This document shows positions 56,765 to 64,000 of a stretch of 64,000 nt of DNA, one piece after another. Numbering within the stretch: position 1 is the first letter of the stretch; every line of letters starts with the position of its first letter. The DNA is from Syntrophales bacterium (GTDB taxonomy: Bacteria > Desulfobacterota > Syntrophia > Syntrophales > PHBD01): positions 4,025,516-4,089,515 of the forward strand of contig OY764159.1 of assembly GCA_963668175.1 (NCBI GenBank). Reading direction: 5' to 3'. The translations under genes were made by a program, and so were the position numbers. The notes beneath the pieces were generated by a model. It had not been told where the DNA came from. It worked only from the letters and a program-made list of their open reading frames with translations, and ran no database searches.

Positions 56765-57889
56765 TTAATCCAGACGCTTCCGGAAACGGAACACCGCCCC
56801 GGCGAACACGATGACGCCCATGATGGCCAGGGCCAGATACTGGGGCCAGAGGATATCGAAGCCCACGCCTTTCAGGAACAATCCACGGATAATCACGAGA
56901 AAGAAACGCAGCGGGTCGAGGAGGGTTATCCACTGAACGACGACGGGCATGTTGGCGATCGGAAAGACGAAACCACTCAACATGAAAAAGGGCAAAATGA
57001 AAAAGAACGTCGTCATCATCGCCTGCTGCTGGGTGGCGGAAATGGTGGAGATGAAAAGACCGATGCCGAGTGTCGTCAGGAGAAAGAGGCAGGTGGCGGC
57101 GAAAAGCAGCCAGAAACTCCCGTAAAAGGGAATATCGAACCAGATGACGGCCAGGACCGTCACGATGACCATTTGAAGAATCGCAATGACGGCATACGGG
57201 ATTGTTTTGGCCAGGACCAGCTCGATGGGCCTCATGGGCGTCACGATGAGCTGTTCCATGGTGCCGACTTCCCTCTCCTTGATGATCGCCATGGAGGTAA
57301 AAAGCAGCGATATGATCATGATCAGGACGGCGACGATCCCGGGCACGAAAAAGTTCCGGCTGTCGAGATTCGGGTTGTACCAGGAGCGGATGCGGACATC
57401 CGTCCTGCCGTATTCCATCTTCTGGGGATAAAGCTCCCTGATCAGCGTCTGGTTGAACATATCGAGCACGAGTTGGGTATAGGCTATCCTCACGGAGGCC
57501 ATGTTGCTCATGCTGCCGTCGGCGAGGACCTGGATGGCGGCGGTGTCTCCCCGACGGATTTTGTCGCTGAAATCGGGGGCGACCTTGACGGCCATGTCTA
57601 TTTTGCGTTTGAGGAGCAACTCTTCCAGGTCTGCGGCATTCTGTGTATAATGGGTTACCCGGAATATCTTATTCGCGTTCAGCGAATCGGTCAGCATCCG
57701 GCTTTCCCTCGTTTGCGCCTGATCCAGGAGCCCCACCTTGATCAGCCGCACGTCCGTGGACATAACATACCCGAAAATCATAAGCTGGATGAGGGGCGAC
57801 ATGACCAGGAGCCTGATGTTCTTGGGATCCCGGAAGAGCTGAATGAACTCTTTGCGCACCATTTCACGAATCCGAAGCCAGCAGATCAT
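56765..57889 (-). CDS. ABC-2 type transporter permease
   Basis: The N-terminus has REMVRKEFIQLFRDP, followed by a large extracytoplasmic loop and 5 C-terminal TM segments. The start ATG at 57889 overlaps the upstream stop (ATGA). Confidence 0.85.
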   Translation of the reverse strand: MICWLRIREMVRKEFIQLFRDPKNIRLLVMSPLIQLMIFGYVMSTDVRLIKVGLLDQAQTRESRMLTDSLNANKIFRVTHYTQNAADLEELLLKRKIDMAVKVAPDFSDKIRRGDTAAIQVLADGSMSNMASVRIAYTQLVLDMFNQTLIRELYPQKMEYGRTDVRIRSWYNPNLDSRNFFVPGIVAVLIMIISLLFTSMAIIKEREVGTMEQLIVTPMRPIELVLAKTIPYAVIAILQMVIVTVLAVIWFDIPFYGSFWLLFAATCLFLLTTLGIGLFISTISATQQQAMMTTFFFILPFFMLSGFVFPIANMPVVVQWITLLDPLRFFLVIIRGLFLKGVGFDILWPQYLALAIMGVIVFAGAVFRFRKRLD

Positions 57890-59022
57890 GACATTCCCTC
57901 TTTTTTCAGTTTCATCAGCGTCACGAAGGACATGACGGCGAGCATGGCGCAAAGGATGAGGAAAGAAGGCCATAGATAATGCATGCCCAGATTGCGCAGG
58001 AAAAGACCGTTAAGGATGTCGATATAATAAGTCGCCGGGATGATGGCCGAGAAAATCTGCAGGACGAGCGGCATGTTCTCACGGGGAAATACGAAATCGG
58101 ACAGGAGGAGCGAAGGCAGATACGTCGCCATGATGGCAATCTGGTTGGCCACAAGCTGGGACTTGGTCGCGATGGATATCAGCAATCCCAGGCTCAGGGC
58201 GACCATGATGTAGAGCGAAGATGCCAGCATCATCAGGAGGAAACTCGATTTCATGACAATTCCGAACAGGACCTGTCCCATGAAAACGGCCACCAGACTG
58301 TCCGCCAGGGCTATGAAGAAATAGGGTATGGCCTTCCCCAGAAGGAATTCGCTTGCCTTGACCGGAAGGGAGAGGATGGTCTCCATTGTGCCGTTTTCAT
58401 ATTCCCTGGCGATCACGAGCGACGTGAGCATGGCGGCCACGATCATGATGATGACGGCGATGATGCCCGGTACGATGAAGTTCCGGCTTTCGAGGTCTTC
58501 GTTGAACCAGACCCTGATCCGTCCCTCCACCGGCGTCTTGATCGGGTCCCTTCCCTGCCGGTTCAGATAACGGAGCAAGTTGTTCTGATTGTATCCCTCG
58601 ATGAAGGCGTTAATATAACCGCGGGAGATACTGCCGAAGTTCGGGTCGCTGCCATCGAGCAGGACCTGCATCGAGGCCTCGCGGTCCGCCCGCATGTTTT
58701 CGGTCCAATCCGGCGGGATGACGACGGCCAGCGTGGCCCATCCTTCGTCAAGGTAACGGGCAGCCGCCGTGTCGCTGGGAAGGCTGCCGATGACGTCAAA
58801 GTAAGATGAAGCGCCAAGTTTGTGGATAAAATCGCGGCTCAGGGGTGTTTGGTCCCGGTCTACGACGACGACTTTGATATTGTCCACGTCCAGGCTTAAG
58901 GCATACCCGAAAAGGAGGATGAGCAGGAGCGGCAGGGCAAAGGCCAGATAAAGGCTCCGGAAATCCCGGATCAGATGGTAAAACTCTTTGCGGGCCACCG
59001 CCTGGATATGACGGACGTTCAA
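57886..59022 (-). CDS. ABC-2 type transporter permease (paralogue)
   Basis: The architecture matches the previous permease (AVARKEFYHLIRDF...). I propose a TTG start at 59022 overlapping the ATPase stop (TTGA). The longer ORF in the track runs inside the ATPase gene. Confidence 0.8.
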   Translation of the reverse strand: MNVRHIQAVARKEFYHLIRDFRSLYLAFALPLLLILLFGYALSLDVDNIKVVVVDRDQTPLSRDFIHKLGASSYFDVIGSLPSDTAAARYLDEGWATLAVVIPPDWTENMRADREASMQVLLDGSDPNFGSISRGYINAFIEGYNQNNLLRYLNRQGRDPIKTPVEGRIRVWFNEDLESRNFIVPGIIAVIIMIVAAMLTSLVIAREYENGTMETILSLPVKASEFLLGKAIPYFFIALADSLVAVFMGQVLFGIVMKSSFLLMMLASSLYIMVALSLGLLISIATKSQLVANQIAIMATYLPSLLLSDFVFPRENMPLVLQIFSAIIPATYYIDILNGLFLRNLGMHYLWPSFLILCAMLAVMSFVTLMKLKKEGMS

Positions 59023-59774
59023 TGGTCGTGCCTCGCCATCAATTTGATGAAGGTATCCGACAGGGTCGCTTCGGGCCGGTCGGGATAGGTCTCGCGGATG
59101 ATCTCCGCGGGGCTGCCGATGGCCACGATCTTTCCTTCGTTGATCATGACAATCCGCTCGCAGTTGAGGGCTTCGTCCATGTAATGGGTTGTCACGAAAA
59201 CCGTCACACCGTCTGCCGCCAATTGCTTGATAAAGTCCCAGAAATGCCGACGGGTTATCGGATCGACGCCGGAAGTGGGTTCGTCCAGAAACAGGATATC
59301 GGGCCGGTGCAGGAGGGCGCAGCCCAGGGCCAGGCGTTGCCTCCAGCCGGGAGGGAGTTCCCGCGTCAGCCTCGTGCGGACATCCTGGAGACGGGCCATG
59401 TCCAGGGTCCAGGCGATACGCTCTTCCCATTGGTCCCGGGGCACATTGTAGACACCCAGGTAAAAACGGATATTTTCGAAGGGCGTCATGTCCTCGTAGA
59501 GAGAAAATTTCTGGGACATGTAACCGATGGCCGTCTTGATCTCTTCCGGCTGGCGGCGGATATCGAATCCCGCGACCGTTCCTTCGCCGGATGTCGGCGT
59601 GATGATGCCGCAGAGCATGCGGATCGTCGTAGATTTTCCCGATCCGTTCGGCCCCAGAAAACCGAAGATTTCACCTCTTTTCACGGAAAAGGAGATCCTG
59701 TCGACGGCAACGAAGGCACCGAACCTTTTTTCCAGACGGTCGACGGATACGGCGTCAGGGCTCGTGTTTTTCAT
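59019..59774 (-). CDS. ABC transporter ATP-binding protein
   Basis: Walker A (GPNGSGKST), the signature LPPGWRQRLAL and Walker B (ILFLDEPTSGVD) are present. Confidence 0.95.
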   Translation of the reverse strand: MKNTSPDAVSVDRLEKRFGAFVAVDRISFSVKRGEIFGFLGPNGSGKSTTIRMLCGIITPTSGEGTVAGFDIRRQPEEIKTAIGYMSQKFSLYEDMTPFENIRFYLGVYNVPRDQWEERIAWTLDMARLQDVRTRLTRELPPGWRQRLALGCALLHRPDILFLDEPTSGVDPITRRHFWDFIKQLAADGVTVFVTTHYMDEALNCERIVMINEGKIVAIGSPAEIIRETYPDRPEATLSDTFIKLMARHDH

Positions 59775-60519
59775 CGCTCAACTCTTCTTCAAGCTCCTGG
59801 ATGCGCTGGACCGTGGCTTCCTCCAACGTGGTATATGACGACTTTATCTCCGCGGGTGTCCCGATGGCCAGGATACGCGCCCGGTGCATGAGCGCCAGAT
59901 GATCGCACATCTCTCCCTCGTCGAGGTAGGCCGTGGAGACGACGATCGTCATCCCGTTTTTACGCATCTCCATGAGGATGTCCCAGAATTCCCGGCGGGA
60001 AACAGGGTCCACGCCGTTCGTCGGTTCGTCCAGGATAAGCACGCGCGGCTCGTGGACCAGCACGCAGGCTAGGCCCAGTTTTTGTTTCATACCTCCCGAG
60101 AGATTGCCCGCCGGCCGGTCCAGAAAAGGAAGGAGATTCGAAAAACCGAGATAGCGGTCGCGCCGCGCCTGGCGTTCCGCCCCGTAGATATTGAAGATAT
60201 CCATGAAGAAGCTCATGTTTTCCGCGACGGTCAGATCCTGATAGAGACCGAAGCGCTGGGGCATGTAACCGATCAGCGGCTTGATCCGCTTTTTCTCCTT
60301 GACGGTATCCATGCCGGCTACGAGAATGGTCCCGGACGCAGGCCGAAGCAACATGGCGATCAATCTCAAAAGCGTGGATTTGCCGGCGCCGTCGGAGCCG
60401 ACGAGCCCGAAAATCGTCCCTTTCGGGACCGCAAGGGAAACCTCGCGAACAGCCACGGTCTGGCCGAATTTCATGGAAACACGGTCTACCGTGATTGCGG
60501 CATCATCGTAACCAGGCAT
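59755..60519 (-). CDS. ABC transporter ATP-binding protein (second NBD)
   Basis: Walker A (GSDGAGKST), the signature LSGGMKQKLGL and Walker B (VLILDEPTNGVD) are present. It overlaps both neighbouring genes. Confidence 0.95.
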   Translation of the reverse strand: MPGYDDAAITVDRVSMKFGQTVAVREVSLAVPKGTIFGLVGSDGAGKSTLLRLIAMLLRPASGTILVAGMDTVKEKKRIKPLIGYMPQRFGLYQDLTVAENMSFFMDIFNIYGAERQARRDRYLGFSNLLPFLDRPAGNLSGGMKQKLGLACVLVHEPRVLILDEPTNGVDPVSRREFWDILMEMRKNGMTIVVSTAYLDEGEMCDHLALMHRARILAIGTPAEIKSSYTTLEEATVQRIQELEEELSDEKHEP

Positions 60520-61510
60520 CGGCGGGCATACCGGATTTTAGAATCAAGTCTGGATTGGGAATGGAGACTTTGACGAGATAGACGAGTTTAACCCTTTCCT
60601 TGTGGGTCTGAATGATCTTGGGGGTGAATTCCCCTTCGGGAGAGATGAAGGAGACCTTGCCCTTGAAGACCCTGTTCGGAAAAGTATCGATCTTGACATC
60701 GACGTTCTGACCCGGTTTCACCTTGCCGATTTCCGTTTCGTCGACAAAGATCTTGAGATCGACGGTGGACAAATCGGACAGGGTCATGATCTCCCGGCCG
60801 ATATTCAATACCTCTCCCGGCTCGACGCTGCGGCTCGTGATCACTCCGCCGTAGGGCGCCAAAACCCGGGCATACTTCAGTTGAATCGCCGTCTGGTCGG
60901 TGGCGGCTTTTGCCGCCTTCGCCGTCGCCTCGATGGCGGCGATCTCCCTCCTGGTCACATCCATGCGGGCCAGATTGCTTTTGGCCTGCTGCAAAGACGC
61001 TTCGGCCTCTATTAATTTCGATCTGGCCGTGTCGTAGTTCAGCTTGACGGCATCCCGCTCTTTTTCGCTGACCACGCCTTGGGAAAAGAGCTGCGTATAA
61101 CGTTCGTTGTTCTTCCGGGCGTCTTCCGCGGCAACCCTGGCCGCGGCGACATTGGCCTGGGCCCGGACAACATCGTCGGGCAGGGTTTTTTCATAAATGG
61201 CTAGGACCGTCTCCTGCTGCTGCCGGTTTTTGATCGCACTTTCATAATTGGCTTCGGCCTGTTCGTGACGGGCTTTCAGCTCCGACGTTTCGAGTTCCAC
61301 CAGGACCTGGTCCTTCTCGACGGTCTGCCCTTCCTTGACAAACACCTGCACGACCCGGCCGCCCACCTGGAACGACAAATGGGATTGGGTGGCCTCGATC
61401 GTCCCGGAGTAATAGTGCTCGGCCTGCTGCGACCGCCACTGGCCGAAGTAGACGAGAACCCCTACACCTATAAGAAGAATGGCAAATCCGACGATGATCT
61501 TCTTTTTCAT
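60503..61510 (-). CDS. HlyD-family membrane fusion protein
   Basis: It has an N-terminal TM anchor, a long coiled-coil hairpin region, and a C-terminal beta-barrel with the ending GMPADAWL. Confidence 0.9.
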   Translation of the reverse strand: MKKKIIVGFAILLIGVGVLVYFGQWRSQQAEHYYSGTIEATQSHLSFQVGGRVVQVFVKEGQTVEKDQVLVELETSELKARHEQAEANYESAIKNRQQQETVLAIYEKTLPDDVVRAQANVAAARVAAEDARKNNERYTQLFSQGVVSEKERDAVKLNYDTARSKLIEAEASLQQAKSNLARMDVTRREIAAIEATAKAAKAATDQTAIQLKYARVLAPYGGVITSRSVEPGEVLNIGREIMTLSDLSTVDLKIFVDETEIGKVKPGQNVDVKIDTFPNRVFKGKVSFISPEGEFTPKIIQTHKERVKLVYLVKVSIPNPDLILKSGMPADAWLR

Positions 61511-61573
61511 ATCCCCACTACCGGTCGATGCAATAACGGCTGTCCGCCGGATATCCTAAAGACGGATTCCCCG

Positions 61574-62923
61574 TTAGGGCAGCCTCGACGCCATGGCCCG
61601 TTCCAGCCTGGCCAGGCTGATGTTGTAATCCCCAAGGGCGGTGAAATAATCGGATTTCGCCCTGGTGAGGAGAGTCTGGGCATCCAGGACGTCCGTCGAG
61701 GTACCCACCTGTTCCTTGTAGCGCTCCTTGCTGATCCGGAAATTCTCTTCGGCCTGCTCGATGGCGGCTTTGGTAACCTGGATCTGTTTCTCCGCCTCGT
61801 GGGCCGACAGCCAGGCGTTCTTCAGATCCAAAGCAACCTGATCCCGTATATTCTGCAGACTGTCGTTGACCTGATTTTCCACGGAGCGTCTGTAGTCGAC
61901 CCTGTATTTCGTCCGGCCCCATTCCCAAAAGTTCCAGTTGGCGGCAACGCCTACGTACCAGCTTTCCCGGTCTTTATAGACGGTCCCGTTGAGGCTTCCC
62001 GTATCGCCGTATCTTTCGTAATGGCCGAGCAGGTTGACGCTGGGGAAAAACTCGCTCTGGGCCACCTTGACCAGGCTCTGGGCCTGATCGACCCTCTTGG
62101 AATACGACCTGATCTCGGGACGATTCTCCAGGGCGGTTTTCAGGCAATCATCGAGGGGCATGGTCATAGGTTTATATGCGAGGATGTCCTCAACCCTGGT
62201 CGGCGTATTAATGTTGCGTCGCAGAATCGTGTTGAATTTCGACTTGGCCATCTCAACGCCGTTGTCGGCCTTCACCATCGATTGCCGGCCGTTGGCAAGC
62301 TCCACTTCGGCCCTGAGCAGATCGTTGCGCGGAATGAGACCGACATCGAAGAAACTCTGGGCGGTATCGCGGTGCGCCTTTAACAGTTCCACCGATTGCA
62401 CGGCAACGTCGAGAAGCCTCTCGGCCTTCAGGATGTTGAAATAGGAAATCTTGACGTCCTGAACGAGATCCAGGGTCGTCGCAGATTCATCGTAGCGGGC
62501 GATCTCCGAACCGGCCCTGCCCGCCTGGTAGTTGGCCAGAATGCCTCCGCCGGCAAAAAGGGGCTGCCTCGCTTCCAGTGCCCAGGTATAGTTGTTCTGC
62601 GTGCCGCTGACGATATACCCTGCCGGAAGCAGGGGCGGAATGCCGGGGAAATAGAATATGGGTTCGTTGTTATATCTGAGATAATTGTAGGAAGTGCTCA
62701 ATTTCGGCAGAAAGCCCGTAAAGGCCTCCTTCTTCTGGGAATCCGCGCCGAAAACCCCCTCTTTCGCCGAGTGGACAAGAACGCTCTGCTTCAAGGCAAT
62801 ATCGATGCTTTCCTGCAATGTGAGGACCGGTCCGCTGTCGGCGGCGACGGCCGTACCGGAAAAGATCGCGGCACCCAGCACGACCAATGCGCATCCACAC
62901 CATAATCTTTTCAAGGAGATCAT
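61574..62923 (-). CDS. TolC-family outer membrane efflux protein
   Basis: It has a signal peptide and two internally repeated halves rich in coiled-coil helices. Length and pattern are typical of outer membrane factor (TolC-type) proteins. Confidence 0.9.
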   Translation of the reverse strand: MISLKRLWCGCALVVLGAAIFSGTAVAADSGPVLTLQESIDIALKQSVLVHSAKEGVFGADSQKKEAFTGFLPKLSTSYNYLRYNNEPIFYFPGIPPLLPAGYIVSGTQNNYTWALEARQPLFAGGGILANYQAGRAGSEIARYDESATTLDLVQDVKISYFNILKAERLLDVAVQSVELLKAHRDTAQSFFDVGLIPRNDLLRAEVELANGRQSMVKADNGVEMAKSKFNTILRRNINTPTRVEDILAYKPMTMPLDDCLKTALENRPEIRSYSKRVDQAQSLVKVAQSEFFPSVNLLGHYERYGDTGSLNGTVYKDRESWYVGVAANWNFWEWGRTKYRVDYRRSVENQVNDSLQNIRDQVALDLKNAWLSAHEAEKQIQVTKAAIEQAEENFRISKERYKEQVGTSTDVLDAQTLLTRAKSDYFTALGDYNISLARLERAMASRLP

Positions 62924-62946
62924 TTGAGCCTCTTTCGATTCTAAGG

Positions 62947-63660
62947 TTATCCCTGTTTATTCATCTGCTTCAAAATCGCCTCGACATCCACATTATTGAC
63001 AGCCTGTGCGCTTCCCCCTTCGGAACCGGCCTTCTCCTGCTCGCAGGCCGTCGACTCCATGATCCCGTCGATATCGACGTCCTCGCCCCTGGTGAAGGGA
63101 AACAAAGGATAGAAGGATATCTCTCCAACGGAAACCTCCAGATAGAACCGATGGCTGCTGGCCGTTTTGAAGGACATCTTCCTCAGGAGGGGACGATAGA
63201 TACCCGCTTCGATCGCAATTTCGACGGCTTCATTGACAACCAGCATTTTCGGCTGGCTTTGGCTGACGAAGATGGTCGTATCTTTTTCCAGATCCACCCG
63301 GAATCTGCCGATGCATTGGTTCATCAGCTCGCCTAGGCTGTTAGCGACTTCGTCGGCCGTATGATTGCCGGCAAGATCTTCCTCCGGCATGCCCATTCCG
63401 ACAAGATATCGCCTGTAAATCTCCATGGCCGCCTCCGCCGAGAAATTCATGACGATGAGCCCCGTAAAGTCGCCGCCAAACAGGACGAAGCAACCGATAT
63501 CGGGTTTCAGACACGTCTTTTCTATCTTCTGCACCATCGGGGAGAAGGTGATGGAGGAATTCGTCGCTGCCGCCAGGGTGCTCTGGATCGAACCGCACAG
63601 AATCTTGAAGATATCGTCCGTCGTTACCAATTTACTGCCTTTCTTGTTCTTCTGTACCAT
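62947..63660 (-). CDS. hypothetical protein encoded between the TetR regulator and tolC
   Basis: 237-aa ORF with no signal peptide or TM segment and an acidic C-terminus. No motif is recognised. Confidence 0.7.
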   Translation of the reverse strand: MVQKNKKGSKLVTTDDIFKILCGSIQSTLAAATNSSITFSPMVQKIEKTCLKPDIGCFVLFGGDFTGLIVMNFSAEAAMEIYRRYLVGMGMPEEDLAGNHTADEVANSLGELMNQCIGRFRVDLEKDTTIFVSQSQPKMLVVNEAVEIAIEAGIYRPLLRKMSFKTASSHRFYLEVSVGEISFYPLFPFTRGEDVDIDGIMESTACEQEKAGSEGGSAQAVNNVDVEAILKQMNKQG

Positions 63661-63678
63661 GTTTCGCTCCTTGCTCTG

Positions 63679-64000
63679 TTAAATGCGCCTCAGCGCCTTG
63701 ATTACCATCCTGCCGATCTGGGCGGCAAAAGGCCCCACCAGCTTGTCGCCCGGAAGGATGAGATCACCTGCCATATCTTTGTATCTTTCCCGGATGGGAA
63801 ACGTCATTTTGTAGACGGCCAGGGTGCTCACAACCATTAAATGAAGCGACAGCGGTGCCGTTTCTGCAAAAACGCCTGAAGATATGCCCTCATCAAGTAC
63901 CTTTTTTACAAGATCAATCATCCTGGCGAAATCCTCCAGGACAAAGGCATCCGGCAGATTCCCGCCGCCGGTGGCAATTTCCCTCATCATCAGCGGAGGC
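63679..64000 (-). CDS. probable TetR-family regulator, C-terminal part only (gene runs off the window edge)
   Basis: The frame stays open to the window edge. The sequence is all-helical and resembles a TetR ligand-binding domain, and it sits at the head of an efflux operon. The HTH part would lie beyond 64000, so the family call is inference. Confidence 0.45.
   Translation of the reverse strand, partial: PPLMMREIATGGGNLPDAFVLEDFARMIDLVKKVLDEGISSGVFAETAPLSLHLMVVSTLAVYKMTFPIRERYKDMAGDLILPGDKLVGPFAAQIGRMVIKALRRI

Overview
This is a chromosomal segment from a Gram-negative organism, as shown by TolC, RseP and lipoprotein signal peptides. Gene content suggests an anaerobic deltaproteobacterium or Thermodesulfobacteriota-like organism, but that is inference only. 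I count about 50 credible protein genes. By eye I found no rRNA, tRNA, CRISPR array, transposase, integrase, reverse transcriptase or recognisable defence or toxin-antitoxin genes.

Layout:
- (1) 0.4-11 kb: a PAS-LuxR regulator followed by a co-directional acyl-CoA cluster. The cluster holds hbd, two tandem family III CoA-transferases, an acyl-CoA dehydrogenase, an AMP-forming ligase and a thiolase.
- (2) 11-21 kb: mixed genes. These include an EF-hand exported protein, a FabK/nitronate-monooxygenase-like enzyme, two unknown proteins, a sensor kinase with a sigma-54 NtrC-type regulator, two HD-domain proteins and a methyltransferase.
- (3) 21.4-24.6 kb: two MORN-repeat proteins. The first carries about 1.4 kb of 24-bp tandem repeats encoding (AEEEARLK)n.
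- (4) 24.6-34.3 kb: a minus-strand housekeeping block (aminotransferase, coaD, rsmD, asd, pssA, psd, tsaB, rseP, dxr, cdsA, uppS). Many of its stop and start codons overlap by 4 nt.
- (5) 34.8-40.9 kb: a hybrid histidine kinase, a class V aminotransferase, a long PhaC-like synthase and a NUDIX hydrolase.
- (6) 41-51.8 kb: recD and recB, separated from recC by an HD hydrolase, a small c-type cytochrome lipoprotein and a VanX-type dipeptidase.
- (7) 52-55 kb: a stand-alone EF-G paralogue plus a RecA-fold ATPase.
- (8) 55.5-56.7 kb: a MidA-like methyltransferase fused to a YkgJ-type Cys-cluster domain.
- (9) 56.8-64 kb: a TetR / unknown / TolC / HlyD / 2x ATPase / 2x ABC-2 permease efflux operon.

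Most of the window is ordinary. My best candidate for something undescribed is the MORN - ER/K-helix - MORN protein, which has a junctophilin-like or molecular-ruler layout, together with its MORN-only neighbour. The paired-CoA-transferase cluster and the EF-G paralogue module come next.

All functional calls come from recognising motifs by eye in the supplied translations. No database search, folding or statistics could be run.
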